NCBI GenBank assembly: GCA_963804645.1
Contig: CAWDRG010000009.1
Span: 864,001 to 928,000 of the forward strand
Source of the DNA: an uncultured Bacillota bacterium
Lineage (GTDB): Bacteria > Sysuimicrobiota > Sysuimicrobiia > Sysuimicrobiales > Segetimicrobiaceae
Length of the DNA: 64,000 nt
Direction of reading: 5' to 3'
Position numbers and translations under genes: made by a program. The notes under the pieces were generated by a model that made no database searches, was not told the DNA's origin, and was given only the letters and a program-made list of their open reading frames with translations. The stretch's first letter is position 1. Each line of letters begins with the position of its first letter. Below are positions 38,474-48,920 of the stretch, in pieces.

Positions 38474-40047
38474 ACGTCGCGGAATTGCTGTGGATCCCGG
38501 CCGGGATGATGCCGGACCGCACGATCGTCCGGTTCGACGGGGAACAGGTGACCTACGCGGAGCTTCAGGACCGCGTGGGACGCACCGCCGGGGCGCTGCG
38601 CGCCCTCGGGGTCCAGGCCGGGGACCGGGTCGCGGTGCTCGACACCAACACGCCGGCCGTCATTGAGGTCGCGTACGCCGCCGCCAGCCTCGGTGCCGTC
38701 TTCGTGCCGCTGAACTATCGAGCTCGGAGCGGGGAGCTGCTCCACATGGTCGACGCCGCGGCGCCCCGCGTGCTGCTGGTCGGCGCACGGTATCTCGATC
38801 TCGCGGGCGAAGTGGGCCGCGCATGCGCCGCGCCTCCGCGGTTTATCACGCTCGAGCATCCGGTCCCGGGGCTCGCACACCTCGCGGACGCGACGGCCGA
38901 GGCCGATGCGGTGCCGCCGGTCGAGGTGGCGGACGACGATCTCGCGGTTCTCATGTTTACGAGCGGCACGACGGCGAACGCCAAAGCCACGATGCTCGCG
39001 CACGCGGACCTCGTCAACTACGTGTTCGGGACGACGGATGCGGCCGACGAGTCGGAGAACGAGGCGGTGCTGATCGCGGCGCCGATCTACCACATCGCCG
39101 GATTGACGGCCGTGCACACGGCGATGTTCGCGGGGCGTCGGATCGTCCTGATGCGGCAGTTCGACGCGGGGGAGTGGCTGCGGCTGGCGGCGGAACAGTG
39201 CGTGACGCACGCGTTTCTCGTCCCGACGATGCTGAAGCGCGTGCTCGATCACCCGGCGTTTGCGTCGACCGACCTGTCGGGCCTGCGGGTCCTGTCCTAC
39301 GGGGCAGCGCCCATGCCGCTCAACGTGATCCGGCGCGCGATCGCGTCGTTCCCGCCGTCGGTCCAGTTCGTCAACGCCTTCGGCCAGACCGAGACGACCG
39401 GCACGGTGACGATGCTCAGTCCGTTGGACCACCGTTTGGATGGCGCTCCGGGCGAGGTCGAAACGAACCTGCGCCGGCTCTCGTCGGTCGGCCGGCCGCT
39501 TCCCGACGTGACGATCCGGGTGATCGATCCGCAGGGGAATCCGCTCGGGCCCGGGCGCGTCGGCGAGGTGACGGTGCAGACCGCTCGCGCGATGCGCGGG
39601 TACTACGGCCAGGCGGCGGCCACCCGCGCCGCGCTCCAGGACGGGTGGGTACGGACGGGCGACCTCGGCTGGCTCGACGAGGACGGCTACCTCTACCTCG
39701 CCGGGCGCAAGTCCGATCTGATCATTCGCGGCGGCGAGAACATCGCGCCCGAAGAGGTCGAGGTCGTCCTGAAGTCCCACCCCGCGGTCGACGAAGTCGC
39801 GGTGTTCGGCGTCGCGGACGAGGAGTGGGGGGAGCGCGTGGCCGCCGCGGTGGTGCGCCAGCCGGGGGCCGAGGTCACCGCCGAGGACCTGATCGAGTTC
39901 TGCCGCCAGCGCCTCGGCAGCTTCAAGAAGCCCGAGTTTGTGCTCTTCACCGACGTGCTGCCGCGCAGCGCGCTCGGGAAGCTGCTGCGGAAAGACTTGC
40001 GTGTCCTCTACGAGGCGGAGCAGGCGGCGCCGCCCCGGAAGCCGTAA
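38470..40047 (+). CDS. Acyl-CoA synthetase (AMP-binding, long-chain-fatty-acid--CoA ligase-like)
   Basis: MFTSGTTANAK, AFGQTET, RTGDLG, GRKSDLIIRGGENI, LPRSALGK; ATG 38470 overlaps the upstream stop. Confidence 0.94.
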   Translation: MNVAELLWIPAGMMPDRTIVRFDGEQVTYAELQDRVGRTAGALRALGVQAGDRVAVLDTNTPAVIEVAYAAASLGAVFVPLNYRARSGELLHMVDAAAPRVLLVGARYLDLAGEVGRACAAPPRFITLEHPVPGLAHLADATAEADAVPPVEVADDDLAVLMFTSGTTANAKATMLAHADLVNYVFGTTDAADESENEAVLIAAPIYHIAGLTAVHTAMFAGRRIVLMRQFDAGEWLRLAAEQCVTHAFLVPTMLKRVLDHPAFASTDLSGLRVLSYGAAPMPLNVIRRAIASFPPSVQFVNAFGQTETTGTVTMLSPLDHRLDGAPGEVETNLRRLSSVGRPLPDVTIRVIDPQGNPLGPGRVGEVTVQTARAMRGYYGQAAATRAALQDGWVRTGDLGWLDEDGYLYLAGRKSDLIIRGGENIAPEEVEVVLKSHPAVDEVAVFGVADEEWGERVAAAVVRQPGAEVTAEDLIEFCRQRLGSFKKPEFVLFTDVLPRSALGKLLRKDLRVLYEAEQAAPPRKP

Positions 40048-40130
40048 GGGAAGGGCCGGACCGGCGGCGTCCGCCGGCCGGATGGGTCGGACGCGGGTCT
40101 CGATCGTCGTGGGTCACGGGAGGGTGTGTC

Positions 40131-40307
40131 GTGGCGAATCAGTCCGGAAAGCGTTACGTGTGCGGGGTCTGCGGGACGGAGATGCTGGTGACCAAGGGCG
40201 GCGACGGCGCGCTGACGTGCTGCGATCGGCCGATGGAGCCGTTCGGGGCGCCCGGTGCGAGCGCCGGGCAGCCGAAGCAGGCCGGCGGGGAGGCGACGCG
40301 TGGCTAA
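40131..40307 (+). CDS. Small desulforedoxin-like (CxxC...CC) metal-binding protein
   Basis: GTG start with GGGAGG SD; MANQSGKRYVCGVCGTEMLVTKGGDGALTCCDRPME. Confidence 0.8.
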   Translation: MANQSGKRYVCGVCGTEMLVTKGGDGALTCCDRPMEPFGAPGASAGQPKQAGGEATRG

Positions 40308-40443
40308 CCAACTCGGCAAGCGATTCGTCTGCGAGACCTGCGGGACCGAGACCCTGTGCACGAAGGCGGGGGGCGGGACCGTGGCGTGCTGCGGCAAGCC
40401 GATGGAGCTCAAGCGCCCGAAGCCCCTGCCGTCCGGGGACTAG
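40300..40443 (+). CDS. Small desulforedoxin-like (CxxC...CC) metal-binding protein, second copy
   Basis: GTG start with GGGGAGG SD; MANQLGKRFVCETCGTETLCTKAGGGTVACCGKPMELKRPKPLPSGD. Confidence 0.82.
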   Translation: MANQLGKRFVCETCGTETLCTKAGGGTVACCGKPMELKRPKPLPSGD

Positions 40444-40458
40444 CCGGCGAGGTCGCCT

Positions 40459-41970
40459 ATGTCCCCGTCCGCCGATCTCGGCGTGGTGAACGCCCGCGTA
40501 GTGGGCGCGGTGCCGCCGGCGCCGCGCGCCACCGCGCTTGCGATCCGCGCCGGCCGCATTGTCGCCGTCGGGGCCCTGGCGGACGTGCGCGGCTTCTTCG
40601 GCGTGGAGACCGAGGTCATCGACGCGGGCGGCGCGTGGGCCGTGCCGGCGTTCCACGATGCCCATCTGCATCTGCTGAGCTACGCGCGCATGGGCGCGAA
40701 GCTCGATTGCGCCGGCCTGCGGAGCCTCGGCGAGTTGGGCGGGGCGCTCGGGCGGCGGGCGGCGACGCGTCCGTCGGGAGCGTGGGTGCGCGCGGTGCGC
40801 TACGACGAGACGTCGTGGATCGACGGGCGCCATCCCGATCGGCACGACCTCGACGCGGCGGTGCCGGAGCATCCGGTGCACCTGCGGCACCGCGCGCTGC
40901 ACCTCGACGTCTTCAACACCGCGGCGCTGCGGCGGCTGCAGCTCACCGATCTGCCGATGGGCGGCCTCGAACGCGATCCGCGCACCGGCGCGCCGACCGG
41001 CCGCGTGTATCATGCGGGGGACCGCCTGCATCAGGTCCTCGAGCATCCGACGTACGACGAGCTCGCGCGCAGCGTCCGGGACGCGTCCGAGCGGCTGCTT
41101 GCGTGGGGCGTGACGAGCGTGCAGGATGCGTCGATCACGAACGGCCCGGCGGAGTGGACGCTGTTTCACCGGCTGGCGGCCGACGGATACTTGCCGCTCC
41201 GGGTGTTTTTCATGCCCGGCGTCTCGTCGTGGCGGCAGATCCCGTGGGCAGACGCTCCGAGCGCGCGGGTGCGCCAGGGGCCGGTGAAGTTGATGGTCGA
41301 GGAGGGGGCGACCGACCCCTCCCAGCTCCGCGCGGCGGTCGCGTCCGTCCGGGGCGCCGGCCGCGCGGTGGCGCTGCACGCCGTCACCGAGGCGGAGGTC
41401 GCGCTGGCCGTCGATGCGCTCGGTGATGCCGGCGCCCGGCCGCCGGCCCCGCCGTCCCGGATCGAGCACGGGGCCGTGATTCCGGACCAGTTCCTCGGTC
41501 CCTTGCGTGAGGCCGGCGTCTTCGTCGTCGGACAGCCGTCGCTCGTGCACGACCGCGGCGATGTGTACCGCGCCGAGTTTCCCCCGGAGCTGCACCCCTG
41601 GCTCCATCGCGCCGGCTCGCTCGTGGCGGCCGGCGTGCGGTACGCGGCGAGCTCCGACGCGCCGGTGACCGAGCCGATTCCAGGGGTGGGGCTCGCCGCG
41701 GCGCGGCGCCGCCTGACCGCGAGCGGCGCCCCGCTTGGGACGGACGAAGCGCTCGGCCCCCTGGCGGCGCTCGCCGCGTTCACGCGATCGCCGGCGGAGG
41801 CGGTCGGCGCGTCCGGCGCCCTGGGGCGCGTGCGTCCGGGGGCGATTGCCGACGTGGTGCTGCTCGACGACGAGGTGCTGGAGGGGACGGACCCGGTCGC
41901 GGCCCGCCGTCCGGTCCGGATGACGGTCATGGACGGGCGCGTCGTCTGGCGGCGGCCGGATCTCTCATGA
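40459..41970 (+). CDS. Amidohydrolase (Amidohydro_3/YtcJ-like)
   Basis: ALAIRAGRIVAVG, VPAFHDAHLH, GVTSVQDA, ALHAV, RIEHG, SSDAP, GAIADVVLLD. Confidence 0.9.
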   Translation: MSPSADLGVVNARVVGAVPPAPRATALAIRAGRIVAVGALADVRGFFGVETEVIDAGGAWAVPAFHDAHLHLLSYARMGAKLDCAGLRSLGELGGALGRRAATRPSGAWVRAVRYDETSWIDGRHPDRHDLDAAVPEHPVHLRHRALHLDVFNTAALRRLQLTDLPMGGLERDPRTGAPTGRVYHAGDRLHQVLEHPTYDELARSVRDASERLLAWGVTSVQDASITNGPAEWTLFHRLAADGYLPLRVFFMPGVSSWRQIPWADAPSARVRQGPVKLMVEEGATDPSQLRAAVASVRGAGRAVALHAVTEAEVALAVDALGDAGARPPAPPSRIEHGAVIPDQFLGPLREAGVFVVGQPSLVHDRGDVYRAEFPPELHPWLHRAGSLVAAGVRYAASSDAPVTEPIPGVGLAAARRRLTASGAPLGTDEALGPLAALAAFTRSPAEAVGASGALGRVRPGAIADVVLLDDEVLEGTDPVAARRPVRMTVMDGRVVWRRPDLS

Positions 41971-43916
41971 CCGGGTTTCCTCACCTGTTTGCTCCATTGA
42001 CGCGCGGCCCGCTCCGCGTGAAGAACCGTCTCATGATGATGGCGACCGTCAACAACCTCGGGACGAACGAGGCGATCACCCCGGCCCAGATCGCGTACTA
42101 CGCCGCGCGGGCGCGCGGCGGGGTCGCGGCGATCGTGACCGAAGGGCTTTCGGTCCATCCGACGTCCATTCCGAACAACACGATCCCGCTGGCCTACCGG
42201 GAGGAGCTCCTGCCGGGGCTGACGCAGCTGGCCGCCGCGGTGCACGCCCACGATGCCGCCATGTACGGGCAGCTGTGGCACGTGGGACGCAACGCGCTCT
42301 GGAACCCCGTGGCAGTCTCGTGGTCGCCGTCCGCGGAGCGCGATCCGGTCAGCGGAAGCACGCCCCACGCGATGACCATCGCCGAGGTCGGCGAGATCGT
42401 GGCCGCGTTCGTCGAGACCGCGGAGCGCCTCAGGCGTGCCGGCTTCGACGGCGTCGAGCTGCACGGCGCGCACGGGTATTTGATCACACAGTTTCTCTCG
42501 CCGTGGAGCAATCGCCGCGGCGACGGATACGGCGGCGGCATCGAGCACCGCGTGCGGTTCGTCCGGGAGATCATCGAGGGCATCCGGCGCGCGTGCGGGC
42601 CGGACTTTGTGGTTGGGTTGAAGCTCTCGATCCACGAATACGTCCCCGGCGGTCTTACTCTCGAGGACAGCCGGGAGATCCTGACCCACCTGAACCGCTC
42701 CGCGCCGCCCGATTACGTGGGGGTCAGTCAGGGGAACTTCAGCGGCAGCCTCGAGCGCCACGTGCCCGACATGCGCTTCGAGCCGGCCCCGTTTCTCAGC
42801 CTGGCCGAAGGCATTCGCGACGCCGCGGCGGCGATCCCGATCGTCTTCATGGGACGCGTCGTCGGCCCGTCGGAGGCCGAGTCGATACTCGCGTCCGGCG
42901 CGGCCGACCTGGTCGGGATGGCCCGGCCGCTGATCGCGGACGCCGACCTGGCCCGCAAGGCGTTGGCGGGGGAGCCGGAGCGCATCCGCCCGTGCGTCTT
43001 CTGCAACGCATGTTGGGGGGAGATTCACACCATGCGTCCGGTGGCCTGCATTTACGGGCCGGAGACGGGACGCGAGGCGGAGTGGAGCGAGGACACGCTC
43101 CCGCCCGCGGCACCCCGGCGTGTCGTGCGGATCATCGGGGCCGGCCCCGCGGGGCTGGAAGCTGCGCGGATCGCGTCCCGACGCGGCCACGAGGTGCACG
43201 TGTACGAGGCGCGCGCGCGGGCCGGCGGTCAGGCGTCGCCCGATGCCCTCGTGCCGGGACGCGAGGAGTTTGGGAAGATCGCCGACTACCTCATCCGGGA
43301 AGCGACCCGCGCCGGCGCGCAGATCCATCTCAAGCACATCGTGGACGCGGAGGCGGCCGCGCAGTGGATCGCCCGCGGCGACGCGGTGGTCGTCGCGACC
43401 GGCGCGGAACCGGATCCGCCGGCGGTGCCGGGCGCGCGCGCGGTGTACACGCTGGAGTCCGCGCTCGCGCGCAAGGCGTGGGCGGGCGCGGGCGTGGTCG
43501 TGGTGGACGAGATCGAGGACGAACCCGTGTACGCGGCGGCCGAGGCGCTCGCCGCGCGCGGCGCGGTGGTCCGCGTGGCGACGCGGCGTCTGCAGATCGG
43601 GCGGCGGCTTGCGTTCGTGAGCCTGATCGGCGCGCTGCGCCGGCTCGCGGAGGCGGACATTCCGATTCTCACGTGCTGCGTGCCCGTCCGGATGGAGGGC
43701 CAGACCCTGGTGACCCGCCACGTGTTCTCGGGGCGGGAGGCCGCCATCGAGCGCGTGGATGCGCTCGTGTGCTGCGGGCCCTACCGGGCGCGCGACGCGG
43801 TCGCCCGGAAGCTTCAGGGGCGGGGACTTCCCGTGCGTCTGATCGGCGATGCGTACGCGCCGCGGCGGATGGCGGTGGCCGTGCTCGAAGGACATCAGGC
43901 CGGTCGCACGGTGTAG
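41967..43916 (+). CDS. NADH:flavin oxidoreductase (old yellow enzyme family) with 4Fe-4S and FAD domains
   Basis: YYAARARGG, AGFDGVELHGAHGYLITQFLSP, RPCVFCNAC..C, IIGAGPAGLEAA, IGDAYAPR. Confidence 0.92.
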   Translation: MTGFPHLFAPLTRGPLRVKNRLMMMATVNNLGTNEAITPAQIAYYAARARGGVAAIVTEGLSVHPTSIPNNTIPLAYREELLPGLTQLAAAVHAHDAAMYGQLWHVGRNALWNPVAVSWSPSAERDPVSGSTPHAMTIAEVGEIVAAFVETAERLRRAGFDGVELHGAHGYLITQFLSPWSNRRGDGYGGGIEHRVRFVREIIEGIRRACGPDFVVGLKLSIHEYVPGGLTLEDSREILTHLNRSAPPDYVGVSQGNFSGSLERHVPDMRFEPAPFLSLAEGIRDAAAAIPIVFMGRVVGPSEAESILASGAADLVGMARPLIADADLARKALAGEPERIRPCVFCNACWGEIHTMRPVACIYGPETGREAEWSEDTLPPAAPRRVVRIIGAGPAGLEAARIASRRGHEVHVYEARARAGGQASPDALVPGREEFGKIADYLIREATRAGAQIHLKHIVDAEAAAQWIARGDAVVVATGAEPDPPAVPGARAVYTLESALARKAWAGAGVVVVDEIEDEPVYAAAEALAARGAVVRVATRRLQIGRRLAFVSLIGALRRLAEADIPILTCCVPVRMEGQTLVTRHVFSGREAAIERVDALVCCGPYRARDAVARKLQGRGLPVRLIGDAYAPRRMAVAVLEGHQAGRTV

Positions 43917-44004
43917 CGGGTTGCGACCGCGGCGGGATCCGAGTTTGGGCCCGCCAGGTGTGCGGCACGCTCGCTGAGGCGGCGACGTCGAGGAGGACGG
44001 TGCC

Positions 44005-45462
44005 ATGGGTGACGAGTCAGCTGTGAGCGTGCACACGGGTGCGTCGCCGACGGAGACCGTGCTCGCGTGTATCGACACGTGGCGCCGTGCACCGCTCCCG
44101 GCCGAGGTGTCGGCGCGCACCCGCCAGGTCGTCCTCGACACGATCGCATGCTACATCGGGGCGACCGCCATGGACGCGGGGCGGCGTTTGCTGGCGTTCG
44201 CGGAACGGTCGTCGGGTCCCGCGACGCTCTTTCCGTTGCGCCATCGCGTCTCGGCGGAGGCCGCGTCGTTTGCCGCCTCCTCCATGGCGAATCTGCTCGA
44301 CGCGGACGAGGCGCTGTTCAACCGCGGCCACCACGCGTGCGCGATTGTGATGCCCGCGCTCATCGTCGGCGGCGTGTACGGCACATCGGTGGACGACGCG
44401 ATGCGCGCGATCGCGATCGGGTTTGAAGTGGCCGCGCGCGTGTCGCTCTCGTGGTCGTACTACACCGTCGAGAGCGACGGCTCCGTCCGCGGCGCCGACG
44501 TCACCGGGCTGAGCTGGATCGTGCTCGGGGCCGCGGCATCGATCGGTCTGCTTCGCGATCTGGACGGCGATGCGATGCGGTCGGCGCTCGGCATCGCGGC
44601 CTACGGGGCCCCGATTCCGACCAACTCAAACTGGCATGTCGCGTACCCGCCGGACAGCATGACCAAGTACACGCTGTACGGCGCGCTCGCACAGCACGCG
44701 GTGTCCGCGGTCGAACTGGCGGCCCTGGGATTTGTGGGATGCCAGAACGTCTTGGACGGGCCGCGGGGATTTCGCCGGTTGATCGGCGCGACCACGTGGG
44801 ACGATGACGTGCTGCGGGATGGACTCGCCGGGACGTGGACGATCGTCCAGACCGGCTTGAAGCGGTACCCCGCGTGCCGGCTCTGGCACGGCGCGCTGTA
44901 CGGGTTGGAGCAGCTCGTCCGCGACGCCCGCCTCGCTCCTGCGGATGTCCGGCACGTCGAGATCGACCTCGCCCTCCTGCATCCGACCCAGATGCGGCTC
45001 GCACGCGAGTATCCCGAGCTGACCGAGATCTCGGCGCAGTTTTCCGTGCCCTACGGCGCCGCGCAGGTGATCGAGCGCCGTCCGCCCGGACCGGCGTGGT
45101 ATCGTCCGGACGCCCTGTCGAGCGAACGGACGCGGGAGTTGATGCGGCGGATCGACGTGGCGGTCGACCCCGTGATGAACAAGGAAGCCGCGGAGGAAGT
45201 CAAACGGGTCGGGCACTATGGGTACCGGCTGCCGTGGGCGGTCTCCGTGACGCCGGCATCGGGCACGACCCTCCGGGCATCCGGCACCAACGCGCCGGGG
45301 GATCCGTTCGTGCCCGCGCTCGATATCACGCGGCGCGAGACGGAGGAGAAGTTTCGCGAGTTCTATCAGCAGGCGTACGGCACCGGCGCGCCGCCGGCGT
45401 TCTTGCGGTTGCTCGATGCGCCCGACGCCACGTGCGCCGAGCTGCTGGGCGCGCTCGGGTAG
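44005..45462 (+). CDS. MmgE/PrpD family protein
   Basis: VLDTIAC, NLLDADE..H, LKRYPACRLWHG, AQFSVPY, PGDP, EEKFR; SD AGGAGG. Confidence 0.88.
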   Translation: MGDESAVSVHTGASPTETVLACIDTWRRAPLPAEVSARTRQVVLDTIACYIGATAMDAGRRLLAFAERSSGPATLFPLRHRVSAEAASFAASSMANLLDADEALFNRGHHACAIVMPALIVGGVYGTSVDDAMRAIAIGFEVAARVSLSWSYYTVESDGSVRGADVTGLSWIVLGAAASIGLLRDLDGDAMRSALGIAAYGAPIPTNSNWHVAYPPDSMTKYTLYGALAQHAVSAVELAALGFVGCQNVLDGPRGFRRLIGATTWDDDVLRDGLAGTWTIVQTGLKRYPACRLWHGALYGLEQLVRDARLAPADVRHVEIDLALLHPTQMRLAREYPELTEISAQFSVPYGAAQVIERRPPGPAWYRPDALSSERTRELMRRIDVAVDPVMNKEAAEEVKRVGHYGYRLPWAVSVTPASGTTLRASGTNAPGDPFVPALDITRRETEEKFREFYQQAYGTGAPPAFLRLLDAPDATCAELLGALG

Positions 45463-45510
45463 CGCCGCGCCGTCCGACGGTCCTCTGCCCGGGGTGCGCC
45501 GCCGGCCGCG

Positions 45511-46416
45511 TCACGCGGGACCCCGAAGGCGCGGGTCGAGCCGATCGCGGAGCCAGTCTCCGAGCACGTTTGAGGCCAGGACCGTGAGCGAAATCATCAG
45601 CGCCGGGATGCCGGCGACCCACCAGCTGATCTGCACGGTGTCGCGGCCCGTGGCGACCATGGCGCCCCAACTCGGCGTGGGGGCGGGCACGCCGGCCCCG
45701 AGAAAGCTCAAGCTCCCCTCGAGGATGATGATCCATCCGATCTGCAGCGTGGACAGCACGATCAGCGTATTGAGCACGTTCGGCAGGATGTGCCGGACCA
45801 GGATGCGCGAGTCCGGCGCGCCGGCGGCCTTGGCCGCGGTGATGAAATCCCGCTCGCGCCACACCACCACTTCGCCGCGCAGCAGGCGCGCGAAGCGGGC
45901 CCACAGGACGAACGCGGTGGCGACGACGACGAGCCAGAAGCTCGGGCCCGAGACGGCGACGACCGTCAGCGCGAGCAGGATGGTCGGGAGCGCGAGCGAG
46001 ACATCGACCGCGCGCATCGTGACGGCCTCGATCCATCCTCCCGCGTAGCCCGCGAGCATCCCGAACGACGCGCCGGCGGCACCGCCCAGCAGCAGGCTGA
46101 CGGCGACGATCGACAGGTCCGTGCGCGTCCCGAAGATGATGCGGCTCAGGAGGTCCCGTCCGTCTTCATCCGTGCCCAGGGGATGGGCCCAGGACCCGCC
46201 GGCCATGAACGCCGGGGGCTGCCGGCTCGCGATGGGGTTGATGTCGAGCGGCGAGTACGGCGCCAGCAGCCCGGGCACGATCGCCATGACCAGGATGATC
46301 AGGGCCCACGTGAGGCTCAGGAACGGCCGCCGGGACGGCCGCGGGGCCGCGCTGCGCCTGCGGCGGCGCGGGGCCGTGCGGGGGCGGAGCCAGGCGCGGA
46401 GCCGTTCGGAGATCAC
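45511..46416 (-). CDS. Peptide/nickel ABC permease (DppC-like)
   Basis: GTG 46416 (GTGA overlap); HPLGTDEDGRDLLSRI, RHILPNV, EGSLSFLGAG, GDWLRDRLDPR. Confidence 0.93.
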   Translation of the reverse strand: MISERLRAWLRPRTAPRRRRRSAAPRPSRRPFLSLTWALIILVMAIVPGLLAPYSPLDINPIASRQPPAFMAGGSWAHPLGTDEDGRDLLSRIIFGTRTDLSIVAVSLLLGGAAGASFGMLAGYAGGWIEAVTMRAVDVSLALPTILLALTVVAVSGPSFWLVVVATAFVLWARFARLLRGEVVVWRERDFITAAKAAGAPDSRILVRHILPNVLNTLIVLSTLQIGWIIILEGSLSFLGAGVPAPTPSWGAMVATGRDTVQISWWVAGIPALMISLTVLASNVLGDWLRDRLDPRLRGPA

Positions 46417-47327
46417 AGGTGAATGCGCGGATCGAGCACGATGTACAGCAGATCCACGGCGAGGTTGAGCAGGACGATGATCGCCGCGGTCGCGGTGACC
46501 GCGGCCTGCGTCAGCGGGTAATCGCGGTGGAGGATCGAGCTGTAGATCAACGACGCGATCCCCGGCCAGTTGTAGACGATCTCCACGGTGACGGCGGACG
46601 TCAGGATAATCCCGAAGATCAGGCCGACGAACGTGGTCAGGGGAATGGTGGCGTTTCGGAAGGCGTGCTTCCACAGCACGACCGCCTCGGACAGCCCCTT
46701 GGCGCGGGCGATCTTGATGTATTCGGCGTCCAGCACGTCGAGCAGGGACGAGCGCAGCAGCCGAACGATCCCCGCGGCCATGAACCAGGCGATGGTCACG
46801 GCCGGGAGAATGTACGATTGCCACGACTCCATGCCGCTCGCCGGGAGGAGGCGGAGCCAGACCGAGACCACGCTGATGAGCAGAATGGCGGACGCGAAGG
46901 TGGGAATCGACTGCCCGGTGACGGCCGTGCCCATGGCCAGGTGGTCGACCCACCGGCCGCGCCACACGGCGGCGGCGGCGCCCACGGGAATCCCCACGAC
47001 GAGCGTGATGAGGAGCGCCAGCGCGGCCAGTTTGGCCGTGTTGAACAGGCGCGGAATGATGATCTCCAGGACCGGCCGGCGATACGTGATCGAATCGCCG
47101 AAGTTGCCGGTGGCCACGCCACCGAGGTAGATGGCGTATTGCTGGTAGAGCGGTTTGTCGAAGCCGAACAAGTGGATATAGGCGGCGCGCTCGGCCGGGG
47201 TCGTCGTCATCGGCAGGATGACATCGGCGGGATTCCCGCTGAGGTGCCCGGCCGCAAATACAAACGTCACGGTGGTAAAGAGCGTCAGGACCGTCTGAGC
47301 CAGTCGGGCCAGCAGCAGCCGGGACAC
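46413..47327 (-). CDS. Peptide/nickel ABC permease (DppB-like)
   Basis: GFDKPLYQQY, EYIKIARAKGL, HAFRNATIP, RDYPLTQ, LDPRI. Confidence 0.94.
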   Translation of the reverse strand: MSRLLLARLAQTVLTLFTTVTFVFAAGHLSGNPADVILPMTTTPAERAAYIHLFGFDKPLYQQYAIYLGGVATGNFGDSITYRRPVLEIIIPRLFNTAKLAALALLITLVVGIPVGAAAAVWRGRWVDHLAMGTAVTGQSIPTFASAILLISVVSVWLRLLPASGMESWQSYILPAVTIAWFMAAGIVRLLRSSLLDVLDAEYIKIARAKGLSEAVVLWKHAFRNATIPLTTFVGLIFGIILTSAVTVEIVYNWPGIASLIYSSILHRDYPLTQAAVTATAAIIVLLNLAVDLLYIVLDPRIHL

Positions 47328-47349
47328 CGTGCCCTAGTTGACCTGCGGA

Positions 47350-48588
47350 TTACAGCAGCGCGCCGCTGGTCTTGAGCGCCACGACGCGGTCGGGCGACGC
47401 GTCCAGCCACTCCGCGAGGACATCGTCGCCGCCTTCCCCAACGTCCGGTGCGGCGCGCCGCGGCGCGACATGGGCCTCGCTGAACTCGATCGGGAACCCC
47501 AGGGTGCGCACGCGACCGAGCGTCGGATGGTCCAGCCAGGGCAGGTACCCATTGTCGATCAGCATGGGATCGGTCTTGGCCTCGTCGATCCGCCGGATCG
47601 ACGACCAGGCAAACCCCACTTTTCGATCGTGGAACAGCTTCGCCCACTCGTCGCGCGTCCGCGTGGCAAAGATCTCGTCCAGGATTTTGATCAGCTCGAC
47701 GGCGTTGCGGGTCCGGGCCTCCAGCGCGGCGAACCGCGGGTCCGCCGGGTCCAGGCCAAAGAGGCTGCTGAATTCGTCCCAGAACCGGTCTGCCTCCGGC
47801 TCGGTGAGGAAGATCCATTCGCCGTCGCTGCAGCGGTAGAAGTTGTTGAACGGCGCCGAGTGGGTGCGGCGGGAGTGGCGCGCATAGCACGCGCCGCTGA
47901 ACAGCGAGATGTTCATCGCGTGTCCCATCGCGTGCATCTGCGACCCGACGAGCGACGTCTCGACGCGCTGCCCGCGGCCGGTCCGCTCGCGATCGAACAG
48001 CGCCGTCATGATGCCGAGCGCCAGGAGCGTGGCCCCCATCGTGTCGGAGGTGGCGTTGTGGACCATGAACGGCTGATCGTACTCCCGGTCGCCGGTGAGC
48101 CACATCGCGCCCATGCGCGCTTCCACGGCCTGCCCGAACGCCCGATCGTTCGCCTCCGCCGATTTGCTCCCCCATCCCGTGGTGACCGCGTAGACGAGGC
48201 GGGGATTCAGCGCGTTCAGGGTGTCGTAGTCCAACCCGACACGCTCGAGCACGTTGTTGCGAAAATAGTTGGTAAAGAACACGTCCGCTTTTTGGGCCAA
48301 TTCGTGGACGATCGCCCGCCCGTCGGGGTGCTTCAAGTCGACCCCCAAGCTGCGCTTGTTGCGGTTGACGAGTTCGATCCCGACGTGGCGTCCGCCCGGG
48401 AGCTCCGCGGGCAGGCCCCAGATCCGGCTCACGCCCCGGTACGGGTCGCCGCGCTGCGGATCCTCGATCTTGACGACGTCCGCTCCAAGCTCGCCGAGCA
48501 TGTAGCCGGCCGCGGTCCCATTCACGTAGGCCGTCCACTCGAGGACACGGATGCCGTCAAGGATCTTGCGCGTGGGAGCTTCAGGCAT
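47350..48588 (-). CDS. Class III CoA-transferase (CaiB/BaiF)
   Basis: LDGIRVLE, LGADVVKIEDPQRGD, NRNKRSLGVDLK, NPRLVYA, SDTMGA, RERTGRGQRVETSL. Confidence 0.93.
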   Translation of the reverse strand: MPEAPTRKILDGIRVLEWTAYVNGTAAGYMLGELGADVVKIEDPQRGDPYRGVSRIWGLPAELPGGRHVGIELVNRNKRSLGVDLKHPDGRAIVHELAQKADVFFTNYFRNNVLERVGLDYDTLNALNPRLVYAVTTGWGSKSAEANDRAFGQAVEARMGAMWLTGDREYDQPFMVHNATSDTMGATLLALGIMTALFDRERTGRGQRVETSLVGSQMHAMGHAMNISLFSGACYARHSRRTHSAPFNNFYRCSDGEWIFLTEPEADRFWDEFSSLFGLDPADPRFAALEARTRNAVELIKILDEIFATRTRDEWAKLFHDRKVGFAWSSIRRIDEAKTDPMLIDNGYLPWLDHPTLGRVRTLGFPIEFSEAHVAPRRAAPDVGEGGDDVLAEWLDASPDRVVALKTSGALL

Positions 48589-48675
48589 GTGATCCTCACT
48601 CCGCGGTCGGCGGTGAGCGCGATCGACCCGCCGAGAATTGTCTCAGGGCTCATCCCGGAGCCTGATACGCGGCTC

Positions 48676-48704
48676 ATTGTAGCCGCCCCGCTTTTCAGTG
48701 TCAA
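48676..48704 (-). promoter_or_regulatory. Consensus sigma70 promoter for the CoA-transferase/permease operon
   Basis: Minus strand TTGACA(48704-48699)-17 nt-TACAAT(48681-48676), about 90 nt upstream of the ATG at 48588. Confidence 0.75.
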
Positions 48705-48920
48705 CGCGGCGGCGCGCGTGACGCGGTCAGGCCTGCGGGCGATCTCGCGCGGCGCGGGCGTGAGCACGCGCGTCATGGATCGCGTGCCGAGCGGCGCGTC
48801 GATGGTGCGTCGGTGCCGCGCGCACCGCAGCGCGTCCCGGGGGAGCGGAAGCGTCCCGGGCAGGACCGGCGCCGCGAAGCCACGAAAAAACGGCGCGCGC
48901 ATACAGGAGGCCCACACACC

